A DNA stretch of 52,785 nucleotides from contig MU271435.1 of assembly GCA_021432655.1 (NCBI GenBank), forward strand, positions 13,414 through 66,198, written 5' to 3'. Shown here piece by piece: positions 47,518 through 52,785 of this stretch; position 1 is the stretch's first letter; every line of letters begins with the position of its first letter. The notes below the pieces were generated by a model. The model searched no databases. It saw only the letters and a program-made list of their open reading frames with translations, and was not told where the DNA came from. The stretch comes from Atractiella rhizophila. Taxonomy: Eukaryota. The position numbers were made by a program, and so were the translations under genes.

Positions 47518-50013
47518 CTACTCGTCGTACTTATTCGTCTCTCCACTCTTTGCACTCTGCTGCAACAGAGCTCTTGGACAGTCCAGAGGATCCAGATCGA
47601 CCTTCCACCCACTTACATCACCGTCACTTCGCTGGAAGGGAAACGTGCTCACCTCAAGCAACGTGATCTTATCCGCCCTCGCAAACTCCTCGTCCTTGAA
47701 AAAGATGTTCTCCAGTTCCCACATCGTGCTCGCTTTCAACACTCGGTATTGACCTTCATGAGGACTGAAAAGTTGGAGGAGCTGTTGCCATTTCCAGGGT
47801 TGGACATCATTATATTTCCTTTCTTTCCTGTGTGATTATCAGGTTTACGCCCTGAACTCTGCCGCGCGAAGGGGGGACAAACCCATGAATAAATCGCTCG
47901 ATCGTATACCCCTTGTTCTCAAGAACCACAATGATAGGCTTGAGTCCGAGACGGATCATGGAGGAGACCTCTTGTACAGTAAGCTGGAAGGATCCATCGC
48001 CGATAAAAAGAACAGTCCTTCGAGGGACTGGGCTTTCCTGAGCAGCAAGTAAACAGCCAAGCGTTGCTCCTCCCGTCCTATCGGCAACTTTCAACTTCGC
48101 TTTCTTCTGAGAATAGAGAAGAGTCTGTACATACCATCCTATGCTACCCCACAGAACCTGTCCCACAAAGGTGGAGTTCTTCGGCATCTTCACATCCAGC
48201 AGACCGAACAGAGCCGTCCCAGTTTCACCAATGATAATGTCGTCTTCTTTGAAGAAGCGACCACAAGTCTGCCAGAACGTGTCCTGCTTGATCTGACTGT
48301 TGGAGGAATACTTCTCCACTTCCATTTGAACGGCTTTGGGGAGTGGAGGTGCAGAGGAAGGATGGGAGAGACTCGCTGTCAGCTCTGGGAGGATAGAATG
48401 GAACGATACGTTCTCGTAGCGTCCATACTGGATTAAAACGTGGTCCGAGTGCAACTCGACTACTTGTTCAGTTGGGAACTTCCAGCTGAATGCACCAGAG
48501 TTAACTACAAGTTCGAATATCAGCGCAAATCTAAATGTGAGAGGGTCTTACAGTCGCTCTTGATGGTACCGATTGTAATGATAAGATCGGCTTTCTCAAA
48601 GCTCTCTTTGACGTGCGGGAATGAAGTTTCGCCAACTGTTATCCCAAAACAAATCAGCATCACGGGCCTCAGCTCGCCATCACCTGCAGCTGCATGCTCA
48701 TGCTCAATGAGAAGTCTGAATGCGTACTATAAACACCTGCAAATCCCTCTTCGGTCTCGCTCACTCCAGTCTTACCCATCGGGCTGCTGAACCACCTAAC
48801 GCCGGTCTTGCGAATCAAGTCCCTGACGAGATGTACTACTCCGAAACGGATCGCACAAGCGTCCACTAGTATCACTGGATCTTTGGCGGCGGCCCACATC
48901 TTCTCAATGCGACGCACGACGAAGGATTGCTCGTCAGATGAGATGGAGGTGCCAGAAGGGAGGAAGGGGTCAGATGTTAAGGCTCCTGCCCATAAAATGT
49001 CGTTAGAAGTTCTAAGCAGTAGTTGACAACATGCCTTTAAACAATGGCTCTGAAAGTGGAGAGGCGTTGACCCACTTCTGTACGAGATCTGTGGGGAGGG
49101 TAAGGTAGGTGGGACGAGCCTTCATCATGCATATCTTATCAGCTTGTCTGCGTTGATAGAAAGCAAAAACTCACAGTTTTCAAAGCATGCTTTATAGCCT
49201 TGTCCACCTGCACACCAGCAGACTCTGGTTTGGTAATATAAGCCTGATAGCTGGTAACATGTTCCGCAACTTTCTGATATGCATCAAAACGGCCATCTCC
49301 GAGCGTATGGTGCAGAATAGCATGTCTCTCCTGGAGGTGAGACGCTGGTACGCCGACAATGTGTAACATGGGGATATGCTCCGAGAATGCGCCAGCCACA
49401 CCGTTGACGCAAGAGAGCTCGCCCACGCCAAAGGTTGTGCAGAGCACGCCTAGTCACCAGTCACACAAATATGTTAGGATGAGCCAAAAGGAGAGAAAAG
49501 CGGAGAAGAAGCCTAAAGACGAACCCAGACCGTATACACCACCTCGGGGAGGATTTTCTCCTTCCGACGCTTTCGAAGCAACGTCCTCACGAACCTGTTG
49601 AACCTGCTTGATTCGCGCGAAACCGTCTGCTGCGTAGCTTGCGTTCCTGCATGTTTTGCATATAGCTTAGCCTTCTAACATCAATCTCTCATGATGAATG
49701 AAGAACGAACAATTCACTGAACCACACCATGTTCTCGTGAGCTTATGCTGATAGGCTGGACATGAAAACAGACTTGCAACATCCTACCCAATCAATAGTT
49801 TTGTGGTCCTCGATGAAATCGAGCCAGCCGAGGTTGAAGTCTCCAGGGACACCGAAGATTTTCTGTCGACAGCCAAATTAGCACTCAACGCCGCAAACTG
49901 GATGCAAAGTGTGGCGGAAGAAAGAGGTGTACAGTGATCCCCAACTGCTCCAATCTCGCCAAGATGTAATACCCCAGCTTGATCTTGCCATTTTTCACGT
50001 ATTCGCTCGCCAT
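47518..50013 (-). CDS. PDC1: Pyruvate decarboxylase / 2-oxo-acid decarboxylase (ThDP-dependent), multi-exon
   Basis: IFGVPGDFNL, GCCNELNASYAADG, TTFGVGELS.VNGVAGAFSEH, LHHTLGDG, GETGT, QVLWGSIGW, FIGDGSFQLTVQE, NKGYTIERFIHG. Confidence 0.93.
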
Positions 50014-51000
50014 GTTAACCCGATTTTATAGTACCAGGAAACTATCGCACGATGGATGACTTGCAGATAAGTAAGATGTTGGTCGTTTTTGATGGAAAGG
50101 AGGGGATGTCAAGGACATCGGTTCTGTTTTTATACGGAGTGGAATGAGTGACGTGAAGTTGAAAGGCTCCCGGTTTATGCCCGATATGTAACGATAAGGG
50201 GTCGCCGGATCGAGCAACTGCAGGGGGAATGGTCATCGGACTGCACAATAGCGTAAGTTGGCTGGGAGTCTCTCAGCTCGGAACTCCTGAGGACGTTCAT
50301 GAGATTGATTGCTGAACGCTAGGTAGGTACTGAGATCAAGTTGTTGTCAAAAATCGACACGTGATAGCAGCCCCACATGCAAAAGCATGTTTGTATTGTA
50401 TTTGTATGACTTTTTGGAGGAAGAGGTAAGCCTCTGCCATATTCGTTAAGATGGAGAAACCGGATGAGAGACTAGTTGCGCTGGAAGAGCAAGTTGAAAC
50501 ACAATGTTGCTGAGGCTGAGGCTGACCTTCCAAAACAGCATCTTCACTCTGTCGCGTTGATTGACGTATCGCTCACATTCACATCATGATTGCACATTAG
50601 CATTCGGTTGCCGGCGCAAAGCAGCGCTGAAACAACAACTTTGGTGTCGCTCAACCTCTTCTGAACGAAAGAGTAATGAGCACGGAATGAAGTCATAGCG
50701 TCTAATCATTCGAGGCGTTACAGTACTCACAGGCTGTCGCAAGGAGTTTTTGTCTGACGTGAATAAGCAATTCGCTCTCGACTTGTCGAAATCGTGTTCA
50801 AACGCGTCAAGAATGCGTCAAACGGCGAACATTTATCCGTGATCTACCTACTCTGTCTATGACTGCATTCGCGACTAGGCGACGCGACTGTTCTGCTTAC
50901 CAACTCAGGTGCCCCATAAAAAGGGTTAGGGGGAGCCATAGTGTGTAGCTGCAGTCCTGAGTTCGCCTGTCTACTGCTCAATCTCAACCAGCAGTCAAAC

Positions 51001-52588
51001 ATGTATGCAGACTCGCTAAAAATTTCCGCCCCGAAACCTTTCAAAGTATCCATCCCTCAATCACAGGTCGACGACCTGCATGCCAGGGTCAGTTCAGCTT
51101 CTTTGGAGGCGTACACTTCGTCCATCCTAGCACTTTCATCTCCCTCCGAAACTCACAATTTTGACTACGGCATTCCCCCTACGATTCTTCAGAGCCTCTT
51201 TGAGACGCTCAAAAACGATTATGATTGGCGAAAGGAGGAAGAGGCGATGAATGCGATGGGAGAACATTACTTGATCGATGTTGATGGCATCGAAGATGAA
51301 GGGATCATGACCGTTCACTTTGTATGGCTCAAGAGCGAAAAGAAAGATGCAAAGACCATCATGGTCATCCATGGTTGGCCAGTGAGCAAGGAGTTCATTC
51401 ATTTTGCCTGTTGAACCTAATTTGATCAACAGGGGTGTTTTTTCGAAATGAGCAACTTTGCCAAATCGCTTCAGAGTACTTATAATGTCTTGGTGCCATC
51501 ACTTCCGGGTACGCATTCAAATCTTCTCACCTGCTCGCCATTCACAAATTATCGTTGATGAGGTAGGGTATACGTTCTCGAGCGGACCAAAAGCAAACCC
51601 TTTGAGCTTCACCTTCACTAAAGCTGCTGTCCTGCTCGATGCTACTGCGCACAGCTTGGGAATTAACGAGTACTACGTTCAAGGGGGTGAGCCCTCGAAT
51701 GTTTCAGCATCGTACTTGCTTGATGACACAATTGCATTGGCAGGTGATTGGGGAAGCAGTGTGTGCCGTCGACTCGCTCAAATCTATCCAAATCGAGTCA
51801 AGGCTATTCGTATAGCATTGTTCCTCTACTCAAAATGACGAATCTCATGTTTCTATGTTTGTGACAGATTTGAACATGTACGATGGCGGTGACCATTGGC
51901 ATAAGCAGCTCTCAAAGAGCGACATTGACGAGATGCCAGATCTGGAAAAAAGAGGAGTGGAGCAAATGTACAAGTTTTTCGAACTAGGCGCTGGTTACGG
52001 TCAACTACAGGGTGAGTACATTGCCATTTCACCGGCACGAGTATATCTCACCTGTCGCAATAGGGACCGCCCCATATGTACATTCATCTTCCTTACTTTG
52101 GAGTGTTATCTCACGCTTCTCAAGACGATTGGTGCAGCTCTTTCACTTGATCCTCTTGCTTTGATAGCCTACGTGAGCGAGAAATTTTACCGCTGGAGCC
52201 CACCAGAAACGAAACTCTCGCGATCGCATATCCTCTCCTGCATTCTGCTCTACCACTTCACCTCTTGCATCACTTCTTCTTTTTGGTTCTACTACATCCG
52301 GAGGCATTCACCTCCAGGAGACTTCGAGCTGGTAAGGAATGATCCTATAACGCAGCCACTGGCTTTCTCCTGCGGTTATTGGGAGATTCAGTGGCCGAGC
52401 AGAAAGCTTCTGGAAAGCAATGAGATTAAAGATTTGCGCGACTATAAGGTATTGAAAACAGGTGGTCATTTTCTTGGGTAAATGATTTTTCTCTCCAACA
52501 TCTGAAGAGAAAGGCTGACATAGAGCTCAGGATGGAGGAACCTGATTTGTTAGCGGGTGAAGTAAAAGGCTTTTTAGAAGCTCTCTAA
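51001..52588 (+). CDS. Microsomal-type epoxide hydrolase (alpha/beta hydrolase), multi-exon
   Basis: PKPFKVSIP, YDWRKEE, HGWP, PSLPG-GY, QGG-DWGS nucleophile motif, GGHF; stop 52586-52588. Confidence 0.9.
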
Positions 52589-52785
52589 TGACGGCGCAGG
52601 ATTCCAATAAAGTTATGCGCTAGTATTGGTGATGAATATTAGCTGTAGCTCATAGACTTTAAAACGTAATGCCCCATGATTTGTAGAGGAGAACAACAAA
52701 CCAAGGGCAAGCGAGCTGAGAGTCGTATAAATTGAGTTGTACCAAAGCTGAGCACCCGAAGCATGTAGTCCGATATTGCGGCTGG

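Overview
Eukaryotic, fungal DNA (short ~50-bp GT-AG introns; basidiomycete-like). Housekeeping genes lie at both ends: aspartate aminotransferase and GAL7 on the left; SDH3, pyruvate decarboxylase and an epoxide hydrolase on the right. Between them is a ~37-kb island (about 6.8-43.7 kb) of nested, C-to-T-mutated transposons. The island is bracketed by two inverted copies of an orphan membrane-protein gene (5481-6721 +, 43721-45044 -), with a third decayed copy at about 45700-46364. Reading TSDs and termini resolves the nesting. (i) A decayed + strand chromovirus contains two solo LTRs; one of them hosts a second gypsy element (TSD GCATG) whose pol segment is inverted between 55-bp inverted repeats. 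(ii) A Ty1/copia element is split by a 9.1-kb DNA transposon (24541-33642; 25-bp TIRs starting TATGG; 6-bp TSD ACCTTC; IS3EU-like). This transposon carries an integrase-like DDE transposase head-to-head with an alpha-kinase gene, plus about three unrecognised gene remnants. (iii) A hAT-like element sits in the copia LTR tip and hosts a chromovirus with a Tf1-type self-priming site and two LTRs with unrelated U3 regions. The multi-gene, kinase-carrying IS3EU-like transposon is the most notable candidate system. All calls are by eye; no database searches were run.
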